Assembly: GCA_029012085.1 (NCBI GenBank)
Contig: JAQXLK010000156.1
Location: 1 to 56,389, forward strand
Source of the DNA: Clostridiales bacterium
Lineage (GTDB): Bacteria > Bacillota > Clostridia > Lachnospirales > Lachnospiraceae
Direction: 5' to 3'
Length of the DNA stretch: 56,389 bases
Shown: piece by piece, positions 34,425-43,690 of the stretch
How the letters are laid out: each line of letters starts with the position of its first letter
How positions within the stretch are numbered: position 1 is the first letter of the stretch
Translations under genes and position numbers: made by a program
The notes under the pieces: model-generated
What the model saw: only the letters and a program-made list of their open reading frames with translations
Database searches by the model: none
What the model was told of the DNA's origin: nothing

Positions 34425-34709
34425 CTATCTTTTTAATAAAACTTTTTTCGGATCCTTAAAAAGAACCATTGCAATCCATGCAAGCACTCCACAAAGAACA
34501 ACAACGACTCCTAACAACGCATCATTCATGGATAAATCCAGAAAACTTTCGCCTTCAGCCACACAGAAGAATCCATCCACGCACCACATCAAAGCTGCGC
34601 CCCAGTACATCAGTGCCAGCCGGCCAAGCAGATATTCACTCTGTGGCATTTTAAAATACCAGACCGCAGTGGTTATCACTGCCGCAAAAGTGGTAATCAC
34701 TAAACACAT
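34425..34709 (-). CDS. Small three-helix membrane protein, unknown function (paralog of the upstream gene)
   Basis: 94 aa with three hydrophobic segments. The central motif LMYWGAALMWCVDGFFCVAEGE parallels NMLWGGSFLLAIEHIWHGE in the neighbouring protein. Only 2 nt separate the two ORFs. Confidence 0.55.
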   Translation of the reverse strand: MCLVITTFAAVITTAVWYFKMPQSEYLLGRLALMYWGAALMWCVDGFFCVAEGESFLDLSMNDALLGVVVVLCGVLAWIAMVLFKDPKKVLLKR

Positions 34710-34711
34710 AT

Positions 34712-35140
34712 TTACCCCTCCACTTCGACTGAAATATCCTGTTCCTTCTTTGTTTCAAAAGCATGAACTACCGCAAGCATCACTCCCCAGACTGCAGTAA
34801 TCAACAACGCCATTGCAGTTCCCACAGAAGCAATCTCCTGAAGCATGGCTATGGTATCTTCTGTACTGTTCATCGCCGTTAAAAATGGTGCCCATGGTAC
34901 AATCTCACCATGCCAGATATGCTCGATGGCAAGCAGAAAACTTCCGCCCCAGAGCATATTCGAAAGCCATCCTAACTTTCTGGAAAATGGAATTTTTCCT
35001 TCTACGCTTACAGTTGGTATCACTTCTGCCTGCTCCTCATGACCTTCTAAATGCAATGCCGTCTCTTCCTTTTTCTTCTGTTGTCTCTTTACAATGCTGA
35101 CAACAGCTCCCTCAACCATTGGTGCTATAAAACATGCCAT
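34712..35140 (-). CDS. Small membrane protein, unknown function (paralog of the downstream gene, with an inserted charged loop)
   Basis: 142 aa; AGGAGG RBS. It has an N-terminal hydrophobic segment, a Lys/Glu-rich loop and two more TM helices. Confidence 0.55.
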   Translation of the reverse strand: MACFIAPMVEGAVVSIVKRQQKKKEETALHLEGHEEQAEVIPTVSVEGKIPFSRKLGWLSNMLWGGSFLLAIEHIWHGEIVPWAPFLTAMNSTEDTIAMLQEIASVGTAMALLITAVWGVMLAVVHAFETKKEQDISVEVEG

Positions 35141-35194
35141 AATATACTCCTCCTATTTTCTTTTTTTCACTTATTTCCAATCACTCTTCGAGTA

Positions 35195-36226
35195 TCAGTA
35201 ATGTATTAATACATACTGCTCAAACTCTGGTAAAGTGAAATGTACAAAACCACGTTCCTCCGTATCAATCAATCCTCTTTTTTTCAATCGATCCCTATAC
35301 GGATTAAATTCATTCGTTTTCAATGATAACACATTGCGAATTTCTTTTATTTTTCCATCAGAAGACTTTGCGATACCATAACAGATTTTCCTGTCCTTAT
35401 TCGATAACTCAGACCAAATCTTATCATACACATACTCGCTTAAATATTGCCTATATTCATTCATAACACTCTTGTAATCACCATTTTTCTGCCAAGTCAA
35501 ATATCCTAAAACCTGAAATGCAAATGGATAGCCCTTTGTCAAATCGGCCATTTCTAACGATTTTTCGTCATCCAATGAAAATATCTCCTGATACTTTGCT
35601 TTCACTGCGCCTTTATCCAAAGGATTTAATTTCACTTTCGGTGCTCTGTATAAAAATGTTAAATTTTTCTCATTCTGTAATGCATCGATATTTTCAAAAA
35701 GCCCTGTCATCAATAAAAACAGCGGAAATTCTCTCCGAACAAAGAGTTGAAACGAACTGGCAAAAACTTTCATTGATACATTACTTGTTGCTTCATCAAT
35801 GGTAACCAACACCCGTTTATTTTTCTTCTTAACAATCTCCAGCATAGCTTCGATTGCATTTTCAATATCAAAAAATGGTTCCGCCTTTTCTATTGAAACT
35901 CCAATCCCCAAAACAGACAAGTCAATCTTTGCTTTCATAAACAAATCCTTCATATCTTTGTAATCATAAAGTTTTGCTGCAAAGCTTTCTAAAAGGTTAC
36001 GATCCGGATTCAATTCTAACACAATCCATTCTTTTTCTGCCGAAAAATATCTTGCAATATCATTAAGCATTACCGTCTTTCCTGTTCCACGGACACCTGT
36101 AATCATATAAATCTGCTGATTCATCATTTCAGCGGAAAAAGAATCGATAATCTCATTCGTCTGAGCCAACCTGGCTATAGATTCAAATGGACTTTTTCCG
36201 AAAACCAATGTAAATGGATTCTGCAT
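35195..36226 (-). CDS. AAA-type ATP-binding protein (Arch_ATPase/ORC-like NTPase) with C-terminal winged-helix-like domain
   Basis: The start is at the ATG at 36226 (GGGAG RBS 9 nt upstream). Walker A is ITGVRGTGKTVMLNDI and Walker B is RVLVTIDEAT. The C-terminus SELSNKDRKICYGIAKSSDGKIKEIRNVLSLKTNEFNPYRDRLKKRGLI looks like a wHTH. Confidence 0.8.
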   Translation of the reverse strand: MQNPFTLVFGKSPFESIARLAQTNEIIDSFSAEMMNQQIYMITGVRGTGKTVMLNDIARYFSAEKEWIVLELNPDRNLLESFAAKLYDYKDMKDLFMKAKIDLSVLGIGVSIEKAEPFFDIENAIEAMLEIVKKKNKRVLVTIDEATSNVSMKVFASSFQLFVRREFPLFLLMTGLFENIDALQNEKNLTFLYRAPKVKLNPLDKGAVKAKYQEIFSLDDEKSLEMADLTKGYPFAFQVLGYLTWQKNGDYKSVMNEYRQYLSEYVYDKIWSELSNKDRKICYGIAKSSDGKIKEIRNVLSLKTNEFNPYRDRLKKRGLIDTEERGFVHFTLPEFEQYVLIHY

Positions 36227-36340
36227 AACCACCATCTCCCTTTACTGTTTTACTCTTTCTATATATTTTTACTGTTCTTTACTCTTTTTAATAGTTTTAC
36301 TCTTTTTTACTCTTTTTGTCAAGAAAATTCCCATTAACTT

Positions 36341-37687
36341 TTATGTGTTTTTTGTATACAGTTTATTGTGATAATTTCTAATATAGTAAACAGCACCCAC
36401 AGCATCTGCAAAAAACCATCCAATCGGAATGGATACCCAGATTCCTGTCACTCCAATTACCGGAATTGCAGAAAGCACATAGGCTAACACCACCCTTGTT
36501 CCCAAGGAACAGATTGTCAGCACCAATGACATTCCCGGCTTTTCAACAGCACGGTAATATCCATACAACATAAATAACAGACCGATTCCAAAATAAAATA
36601 CTGCTTCAATTCTCAAATATCCCACACCCACTTCAATAACCTGCTGTTGTTCCTGGGGAATAAAGATACCCATAAGCGGTCTGGCAAACAGACATACCAA
36701 AAGACTTGTCCCGCAGCAGAAAATAAACACACAGACCACGGAGCTTTTGATTCCTTTTCGAATCCGTTCCATTTCCCCTGCACCAAAATTTTGTGCCACA
36801 AAAGTAGAACATGCATTTACAAAATCCTGGACCGGCATATACGCAACCGTATCAATCTTTACTGCTGCCGCAAAGGCTGCCATTACTACCGTTCCAAAGC
36901 TGTTCACCAGTCCTTGCACCATCAAGATACCAAAATTCATTACCGACTGCTGCAAGCAGGTCAAAAATGACAGACTTATAATACTGCGCAAAATGTTCCC
37001 ATCCCAATGCATATATTTCCGTTCCACCCGAAGCTCCCTACAGCCAAAATGATAATATAAAAACAGACCAATTCCCGCTGCATATTGCGCAATTACCGTA
37101 GCAACTGCCGTTCCCTTAACTCCCCACTGGAACTTCATCACAAAAACAAGGTCTAATACCACATTCAAAACAACGGAAACCCCAAGAAACAATAATGGAA
37201 TAACGGAATTTCCCACCGCTCTCAACAGGTTAGCAAAATAATTGTACAAAAAAGTCGCCATAATTCCTATAAAAACATATACCAGATATTCCCGCATCAG
37301 TCCCTGTATTTCTTCCGGCACCTGTAATACTTTGATAATCCAGTCTACATTTATAAATACAAATAGGTTTAAGACAATGGCAATTCCACCAATCAGCAAA
37401 AAGGAAAGAAAGATTCCCTTCTGTAAGCTGGAAAAATCTTTCTTTCCATATTGAATTGCAAAATAGGCACTACTTCCCATGCAAAGTCCCAAAAGAATAG
37501 ATGTTAGAAATGTCATCAGGGTATAAGAGGAGCCTACTGCCGCCAGGGCATCGGCTCCTATAAATTTTCCTACAACCCAGGTGTCCACAAGATTATAAAA
37601 TTGCTGTAGCACATTGCCTGCCATAAGGGGCAGAGCAAATAAAAATAATTTACCGGTTATCTTTCCTGTTGTTAAATCCCGTTTCAT
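36341..37687 (-). CDS. MATE-family efflux transporter
   Basis: The start is at the ATG at 37687 (AGGAG RBS). It has 12 hydrophobic segments and a typical N-terminus, GKITGKLFLFALPLMAGNVLQQFYNLVDTWVVGKFIG. Confidence 0.92.
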   Translation of the reverse strand: MKRDLTTGKITGKLFLFALPLMAGNVLQQFYNLVDTWVVGKFIGADALAAVGSSYTLMTFLTSILLGLCMGSSAYFAIQYGKKDFSSLQKGIFLSFLLIGGIAIVLNLFVFINVDWIIKVLQVPEEIQGLMREYLVYVFIGIMATFLYNYFANLLRAVGNSVIPLLFLGVSVVLNVVLDLVFVMKFQWGVKGTAVATVIAQYAAGIGLFLYYHFGCRELRVERKYMHWDGNILRSIISLSFLTCLQQSVMNFGILMVQGLVNSFGTVVMAAFAAAVKIDTVAYMPVQDFVNACSTFVAQNFGAGEMERIRKGIKSSVVCVFIFCCGTSLLVCLFARPLMGIFIPQEQQQVIEVGVGYLRIEAVFYFGIGLLFMLYGYYRAVEKPGMSLVLTICSLGTRVVLAYVLSAIPVIGVTGIWVSIPIGWFFADAVGAVYYIRNYHNKLYTKNT

Positions 37688-37745
37688 GAAATAACTCCTT
37701 ACGGTCAATACTGTCCGTTTATGAATTTAAAACATAATATATACT

Positions 37746-38771
37746 TTAGTGGCAGCCCTTCTTGTTACAAAGTTTCCGGCTGGCAGGGTCTGTCGGATCC
37801 CACGTATGCCAAGACGGAATTTTCTCTAACTTTGGTTTTCCAAAGGGTCCTGCATTTTCGCTCTTATAGATAACGACCTTAGTGCCACGTTTACAGTGCT
37901 CATATATCCACTTGACGCCAACACATTGCATACGTACACAGCCATGGGAGGCACAGGTTCCCATTTTGTTATATTCTTTTACATCCAGTGACTTTCTGTT
38001 CATGGATTTCGTATATGGTGACGTATGAAACAAAATATTATCATGAATTTGTACTGACCACTGGCTGTAAGAATTATAAAATAATGTTCGATAACGATGT
38101 GACTCCCCTGTATAGAAGGTTCCACTTCTGGTATATGCACTCGGTGCACATAAGAAGGATTTCACCGGAATCGTATACCCCTTCTTACCATCCTTTGCAT
38201 AGGCTGTCACAACACACCGCAAAGTATTCACTTTCAATACATAGGAATTCTGTTTTCCAATAATGCCTTCTACATCTTTGATTAATTTGCCATCTGCATC
38301 ATAATATAGTTTTAATCCATTCTTATACTTGGAATGAAACGCCAGTTTTTTAGTGGTTCCTTCTCCTGTTGGAATATTATATATCTTCTTCCCTTGTTTG
38401 ATTTGATATGGTACTACGCTATATGTATAAGTCCCTTTATAGTTCAAACCTTTATCCGTATAAATCGTCTTCTGTCCACCGTTACATTTCCCTATTTTCT
38501 TCCACTCATCCTCTTCGTTCTTACGATAAATAAAATATCCATCCGCCTTCTTGTTTCTCTCCCATGTAATCTTCATGGATTGTTTAGAAACAATCGTAAT
38601 GGATGATATTTTAACTGCAGGTAATTTGGCATCATCAGTAGAATCCGGTGCTGTTGCACACACCGAACCTGTATACACAAGCATAAACACTCCAACCATA
38701 CATAAGAATGCAAACACCTGAAGCCATGTCATCTGTTTTTTCTCTTTAAATATTTTATACATTTTCTTCAT
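37746..38771 (-). CDS. Secreted L,D-transpeptidase (YkuD) with N-terminal Fn3-like domain
   Basis: Signal/TM segment LQVFAFLCMVGVFMLVY and Fn3-like MKITWERNKKADGYFIYRK. The YkuD catalytic motif is HTSPY...GTCASHGCVRM. Confidence 0.85.
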   Translation of the reverse strand: MKKMYKIFKEKKQMTWLQVFAFLCMVGVFMLVYTGSVCATAPDSTDDAKLPAVKISSITIVSKQSMKITWERNKKADGYFIYRKNEEDEWKKIGKCNGGQKTIYTDKGLNYKGTYTYSVVPYQIKQGKKIYNIPTGEGTTKKLAFHSKYKNGLKLYYDADGKLIKDVEGIIGKQNSYVLKVNTLRCVVTAYAKDGKKGYTIPVKSFLCAPSAYTRSGTFYTGESHRYRTLFYNSYSQWSVQIHDNILFHTSPYTKSMNRKSLDVKEYNKMGTCASHGCVRMQCVGVKWIYEHCKRGTKVVIYKSENAGPFGKPKLEKIPSWHTWDPTDPASRKLCNKKGCH

Positions 38772-38891
38772 CGTTCCTTTGCTCTTTCTCTAACTATAAT
38801 TGTATCAAATCATATAAAGTTGTCAATGAAGGTTATTATTGGAAACTCATGTACTTAAAACGGCAACTCGCGTTGTATACTATTGTTTAAA

Positions 38892-38914
38892 AGACTATTT
38901 GTGATAGACTATTT
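38892..38914 (+). promoter_or_regulatory. 9-nt direct repeat immediately upstream of the LytTR gene RBS (candidate LytTR operator)
   Basis: AGACTATTT occurs at 38892-38900 and again at 38906-38914. Confidence 0.25.
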
Positions 38915-38931
38915 CAAAGGAGGTGTCTGCC

Positions 38932-39372
38932 TTGAAAATAACAGTAGATATTAATGAAAAATTAGATGATACCGAAATTAGCATTCATTGTAAACAAATA
39001 ACACCAAATATCGAAAATATAATTGCAATGTTGCAAATGATGAATCAGCAGCTGGTTGTTACAAAAAATAATGAGAATTATCTTTTGGATGTAAGTAAAA
39101 TTTTGTACATAGAAGCGCTGGAACGAAAAACATTTGTATATGCCAATGACGATATCTATGAATCCAAATTAAAGCTATACGAAATGGAAGAACGACTGTG
39201 CCATAGCGGATTTCTCAGAGTCAGTAAATCCTGCCTGGTTCATTTGAAGTTTATTAAGTCTATAAAAAATGATGTGGAAAGAAAGCTGCGTCTGACTTTG
39301 GAAAACGGAGAACAGCTTATGGTATCAAGGCAATATGCTGAAGAAATAAAAAAGAGAATGGGGGTTATATAG
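38932..39372 (+). CDS. LytTR-family DNA-binding protein (no receiver domain)
   Basis: The LytTR core is ILYIEALERKTFVYANDDIYESKLKLYEMEERL...GFLRVSKSCLVHLKFIKSI. The TTG at 38932, 8 nt after AGGAGG, is preferred over the ORF-track GTG at 38923. Confidence 0.8.
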   Translation: MKITVDINEKLDDTEISIHCKQITPNIENIIAMLQMMNQQLVVTKNNENYLLDVSKILYIEALERKTFVYANDDIYESKLKLYEMEERLCHSGFLRVSKSCLVHLKFIKSIKNDVERKLRLTLENGEQLMVSRQYAEEIKKRMGVI

Positions 39373-39846
39373 ATGATAAACAGACATACAATATTTGATT
39401 ACTTTACACAAATTATGATTATTTGGGGAATCTCCGTTTTAAGTCTTTGCTTTTTTTGTATTTTGTTTGGTGATGCCGCAAATGGATATTCTTCTATTTT
39501 CCAATTAGGCAGTGCAGGAATTTCTATTTTTACCTTAATACAATTTTTCGCATTGGCAGTCATCATTACTAGCTTAAAATTTCTGTTTTTTACAGATATG
39601 TTAATAAAAAATCTAAGTACCGTCATGAGAAGTGTCATGATGTTTGCATGCATTATTTTGTCAATTGCTTTATTCGCTGCTGTTTTTCAGTGGTTTCCTG
39701 TAAATCAGATAAAGCCATGGCTTATGTTTTTTATCTGTTTTTTTGTATGTGCATCCGTCAGTGTTCTCGTATCTGTACTGAAAGAAAAAAGTGATAATCG
39801 AAAAATGCAGGAAGCATTGGAACGTCTGAAAGAAGAGGAATTGTAA
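39373..39846 (+). CDS. DUF3021-like four-helix membrane protein (LytTR partner)
   Basis: 157 aa with four hydrophobic helices. Its start abuts the LytTR stop codon, matching the second cassette. Confidence 0.65.
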   Translation: MINRHTIFDYFTQIMIIWGISVLSLCFFCILFGDAANGYSSIFQLGSAGISIFTLIQFFALAVIITSLKFLFFTDMLIKNLSTVMRSVMMFACIILSIALFAAVFQWFPVNQIKPWLMFFICFFVCASVSVLVSVLKEKSDNRKMQEALERLKEEEL

Positions 39847-40697
39847 ATGAATAACGTAATTGAAATAAAAGATTTGAAACATTGCTTTGCTGACAAAATC
39901 GTTTTAGATAATATAAGTTTTAGCGTAGGAAAAGGGGAAATCTTTGGACTTTTAGGTCCATCAGGAGCCGGGAAAACAACCTTAATTCATATTCTGACAG
40001 GTCAGTTAAAAGCAACCGGTGGAAGCAGTTCTATTTTAGGAGTGCCGTCAGAAAATATGACAGGCGAACATTATAAACAAATTGGAATTATGATGGATAA
40101 TCTGGGACTATATGAAAGAATGAATTGTTATGATAATCTGAAGTTTTATCAAATGCTCGATAACAATACAGATAAAAACATCGACGCTTTATTAGATAAC
40201 GTGGGATTATCCGATGCGAAAAAACGTTAGTTATGAATTTATCGAATGGTATGACAAACCGTTTAGCCTTTGCACGGGCGTTATTAAGAACTCCTGCTGT
40301 TTTATTCCTTGATGAGCCCACCAGTGGATTGGATCCAACGACTGTTGAAGCAATCCATAACATGATTCTGGCTGAAAAAGAACGTGGAACCACAATTTTT
40401 CTAACCACACATAATATGTATGAAGCCGAAAAGCTTTGTGATCATATCGCTCTTTTAAATGCCGGAAAAATTGTTGAATTTGGAGCACCGGATGATATTT
40501 GCAGACGATATAACCACCAGAAAAAAATCAATATCCACTTAAAGAACGGTCAGGATATTGTTTTAGAACACAACAAGGAATGCGGTGAAAAAATTAAATC
40601 TTATTTCTTGAATGAAGAAATCCAAACCATACATTCAACAGAACCTAATTTGGAAACCATTTTTATGGAATTAACAGGAAGGAAGTTTGAAATATGA
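39847..40697 (+). pseudogene. ABC transporter ATP-binding protein interrupted by a -1 frameshift in an A6 run
   Basis: ORF 39847..40230 carries Walker A (GPSGAGKTTL). ORF 40233..40697 carries the signature LSNGMTNRL, Walker B LFLDEPTSGLD and the H-loop TTHN, and is offset by 2 nt. Adding one A to the A6 run at 40219-40224 gives the continuous sequence ...LSDAKKTLVMNLSNGMTNRLAFARALL... Confidence 0.8.
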
Positions 40698-41392
40698 TAA
40701 ATCACATCAAAGCAGTCCTTTGGAAACAGCAAAAGGACACAATAAAAAATAAAACCATTCTGATTCAGTTTTTGATGTTTCCTTTTATGACCATCGTTAT
40801 GGAAAATGCGATAAGTATTCAAGATATGCCGGAACATTTTTTTACGAATCTCTTTTCAATTATGTATGTGGGAATGGCTCCTCTCACCAGTGCAGCTGCA
40901 ATCATTTCAGAGGAGAAAGAAAAGAATACCTTACGCGTATTGCAGCTGTGTAATGTGAGAGCTTTTGAATACTTAATCGCAAATGCAATTTACATTGTTT
41001 CTATCTGTATGATAGGTTCTTTTGTCATCGGAGCGGCCGGTGGATATGCAGGAATGAATTTAATCAAATTTATGCTTATTATGCTTGTTGGACATAGTTG
41101 TTCTTTTCTTTTAGGTGCGACAATAGGTGTGGCAAGTAAAAATCAGATGGTTGCTACATCCATCAATGTCCCGGTAATGATGGTACTTTCATTTTTACCT
41201 ATGCTCTCCATGTTTAATAATACAATCAGATCTTTTTCTAAATACATATTTTCTGAGCAGTTATATCTTCTTGTAAACAACTTAGAAAACATAAAAATTT
41301 CTGCAGAAACAGGAGTGATAATGCTATGTAATATACTTTTAATTTTAATTTTATTTTTGTCAGTTTATAAAGACGCGTTTAGAACTAAATAA
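40694..41392 (+). CDS. ABC-2-type transporter permease
   Basis: 232 aa with six hydrophobic segments. It overlaps the ATPase stop codon by 4 nt. Confidence 0.75.
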   Translation: MINHIKAVLWKQQKDTIKNKTILIQFLMFPFMTIVMENAISIQDMPEHFFTNLFSIMYVGMAPLTSAAAIISEEKEKNTLRVLQLCNVRAFEYLIANAIYIVSICMIGSFVIGAAGGYAGMNLIKFMLIMLVGHSCSFLLGATIGVASKNQMVATSINVPVMMVLSFLPMLSMFNNTIRSFSKYIFSEQLYLLVNNLENIKISAETGVIMLCNILLILILFLSVYKDAFRTK

Positions 41393-41444
41393 CATCATAT
41401 GTTATCGACACTGTCTCCTCTGCTATCTGTTATTTAAAATGTGA

Positions 41445-41474
41445 CAAAAAAACCACCGAATTTCTCCGATGGTT
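41445..41474 (-). terminator. Intrinsic terminator of the minus-strand LytTR-ABC cassette
   Basis: In the minus-strand RNA, accatcgg-agaaat-tcggtggt pairs with two G-U pairs, followed by TTTTTTTT. It lies just downstream of the stop codon at 41490. Confidence 0.65.
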
Positions 41475-41489
41475 TCAAATCTACAATTT

Positions 41490-42290
41490 CTATAAAGACA
41501 AATCCCTCTTGGTAAACCAGATTCCTCCCGCTGCCGAAAGCACAACACTAATCAAAAGCAAGATCACACAAGGAAGCACCGCCTCACTGTTTCCTGCAAT
41601 AAGCTTATCCGCCGGAAGCAGGGAATAAATCGTGGTGTACTTTAAAAACTCCAAATCCTCTCCCATGTTTCCCAACATGTTAAGGAAGAAAAACAAAATT
41701 GGAATGCCGGCACCAAAGAAGTAATAATACTTGGCATCACTGAAAATGCAAGCTGCAAGGAAGGTAATACCTGCCACTGCAAACCAAAGCATAAGGGTTC
41801 CGGCATTTAAACAAAGATATTTTTCAACATCCAGCTCATCCGGAAACATGGCATTTGCTGACACAAGCCCCACAGCAGTTACACATGCCATCAAGATAAA
41901 AAGCCACATATATAGGGACAATAGCTGTGTTACTATAATCTTCCCTCTGGAATTTGGTGTTGCCAAAATTCCCGCCAGCGAACCGTTATCAATAAATCCC
42001 ATAACAAGCTTATTTACAGCAATAATAATGAAAATCAATGGAAAAAGCAGCATAATAAAACCATACAAATACACCTTTATCCACTCTAACAAAGAGGACG
42101 CCATCCCTTCCATTCCCATTGCTGCCATCATTTCCGGCATCATTTCCCGGTATGCGTCAAACATTTTCGCAATCTCCGGATCATACATGTAGATGATAAC
42201 CGAGGTGTACATCACCAAAAACAGTAAAATGATAATAAATGGTACCAAACAAGCTTTCAAATTATGTTTCAACATTGGAATACTAAGCAT
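41490..42290 (-). CDS. ABC-2-type transporter permease
   Basis: The start is moved to the ATG at 42290 (MLSIPMLKHNLKA...), overlapping the ATPase stop by 8 nt. There are six hydrophobic segments. Confidence 0.75.
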   Translation of the reverse strand: MLSIPMLKHNLKACLVPFIIILLFLVMYTSVIIYMYDPEIAKMFDAYREMMPEMMAAMGMEGMASSLLEWIKVYLYGFIMLLFPLIFIIIAVNKLVMGFIDNGSLAGILATPNSRGKIIVTQLLSLYMWLFILMACVTAVGLVSANAMFPDELDVEKYLCLNAGTLMLWFAVAGITFLAACIFSDAKYYYFFGAGIPILFFFLNMLGNMGEDLEFLKYTTIYSLLPADKLIAGNSEAVLPCVILLLISVVLSAAGGIWFTKRDLSL

Positions 42291-43182
42291 GCTTCTCCTC
42301 CTCCTTTCCATAATAATGCAAAAATACATCTTCTAAACTCTGAGTAGCAATCTGCAAATCCACCGGCTCATATTCTGCCAGAACTTTCAAACTGCCCGCA
42401 ACATTACTATTTACTAAAAGCTTCACAACAGCACCATTTCTTGACTGTACAGTAATCTCCGGCTGCTGAGATAACCGGACTGCCTGTTCCTCATTTTGAA
42501 GCGTCACTGTATACACCTGATTGCGTATTTTAGAAAGTGCCGCCATATCCACTGTATCCACAATTTTCCCCTGACGAATAATGGCTGTACGGTCACAGGT
42601 ACGTTCCACCTCCTCAAAAATGTGAGAGGACATCAAAATCGTTGTCCCTTTTTTCTTTTCCTCTAAAATCAAATCCACAAACCGGTTCTGCATCAGTGGG
42701 TCCAATCCACTGGTAGGCTCATCTAAAATGATGACTCTCGGCGAATCCATAAACGCTGTCACCAGCGCAATCTTCTGCTTCATTCCTTTTGACATTTTCC
42801 GGATTTTCCCCGTTGGATTTAGCTCAAACATATCAATCAGCTCTTTCATCCGGGTATCATCCTTCATTCCTCTTAGCTGTGCAATGAACTGGATATACTC
42901 CATTCCCTTCATGTTCTCCACAAAAGCAATCTCTCCTGCCAGATAACCAATCTGCTTATGAATCTCTGCCGCCTGCCGGAAACAGTCCATTCCCAGCATC
43001 TGAAGAGAACCCTTTTGTGGTTTCACAAATCCCAACAACTGACGTATGGTGGTACTCTTTCCTGCCCCATTTGGACCAAGATACCCAAACACTTCTCCTT
43101 CTTTCACAGAAAAACTGATGTCAAACACACCTTTTCCCTGACCAAAATCCTTTGTTACGTTTTGAATCTCAATCGGCTGCAT
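42283..43182 (-). CDS. ABC transporter ATP-binding protein
   Basis: Walker A GPNGAGKSTT, signature MSKGMKQKIALV, Walker B VIILDEPTSGLDP, H-loop SSH. Confidence 0.92.
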   Translation of the reverse strand: MQPIEIQNVTKDFGQGKGVFDISFSVKEGEVFGYLGPNGAGKSTTIRQLLGFVKPQKGSLQMLGMDCFRQAAEIHKQIGYLAGEIAFVENMKGMEYIQFIAQLRGMKDDTRMKELIDMFELNPTGKIRKMSKGMKQKIALVTAFMDSPRVIILDEPTSGLDPLMQNRFVDLILEEKKKGTTILMSSHIFEEVERTCDRTAIIRQGKIVDTVDMAALSKIRNQVYTVTLQNEEQAVRLSQQPEITVQSRNGAVVKLLVNSNVAGSLKVLAEYEPVDLQIATQSLEDVFLHYYGKEEEKHA

Positions 43183-43690
43183 AATCCTTCTCCCCTTCCT
43201 TAAACTGCTCTAACATGTCATTCAGATTCCTGGTATCAATATCTCGTTTGATCTTGTTAATCAGATACACACACCAATAGGCAAAGATAAAAAATGCCAG
43301 AAATAACACCGTTACCAGTAACTTTCTATCAAACCAGCCAAACAGATAAGACACACCTGTATAAATGCTGCTGCAAAGCAGGGTTTTCAAAAACTCTAAT
43401 ACACCAAAGCTCTCTGCCTCGTCAAAATTATTAAGACAATAAATTTGCAGATATCCCATCAGATATGCGGTTGCAATCATTTCACACATATAAAGCACAC
43501 TCGCCTGAAACACACCCTTATATGCAAGATAGATACAATAAAAAACGAGAATACTGTAAAAATACAGACATGCCTTATATTCAATGGCAATCTCCTTACT
43601 CAGATAGGAATTCCAGTTTTTCTTGTAATTTTCAATAAAGCTGCTTTTCTTTTTATTCGCATTTACAGAACTTTTCACTTTCCTACTCAT
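43169..43690 (-). CDS. DUF3021-like membrane protein (LytTR partner)
   Basis: 173 aa with four hydrophobic helices. It overlaps both neighbouring genes. Confidence 0.65.
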   Translation of the reverse strand: MSRKVKSSVNANKKKSSFIENYKKNWNSYLSKEIAIEYKACLYFYSILVFYCIYLAYKGVFQASVLYMCEMIATAYLMGYLQIYCLNNFDEAESFGVLEFLKTLLCSSIYTGVSYLFGWFDRKLLVTVLFLAFFIFAYWCVYLINKIKRDIDTRNLNDMLEQFKEGEKDYAAD

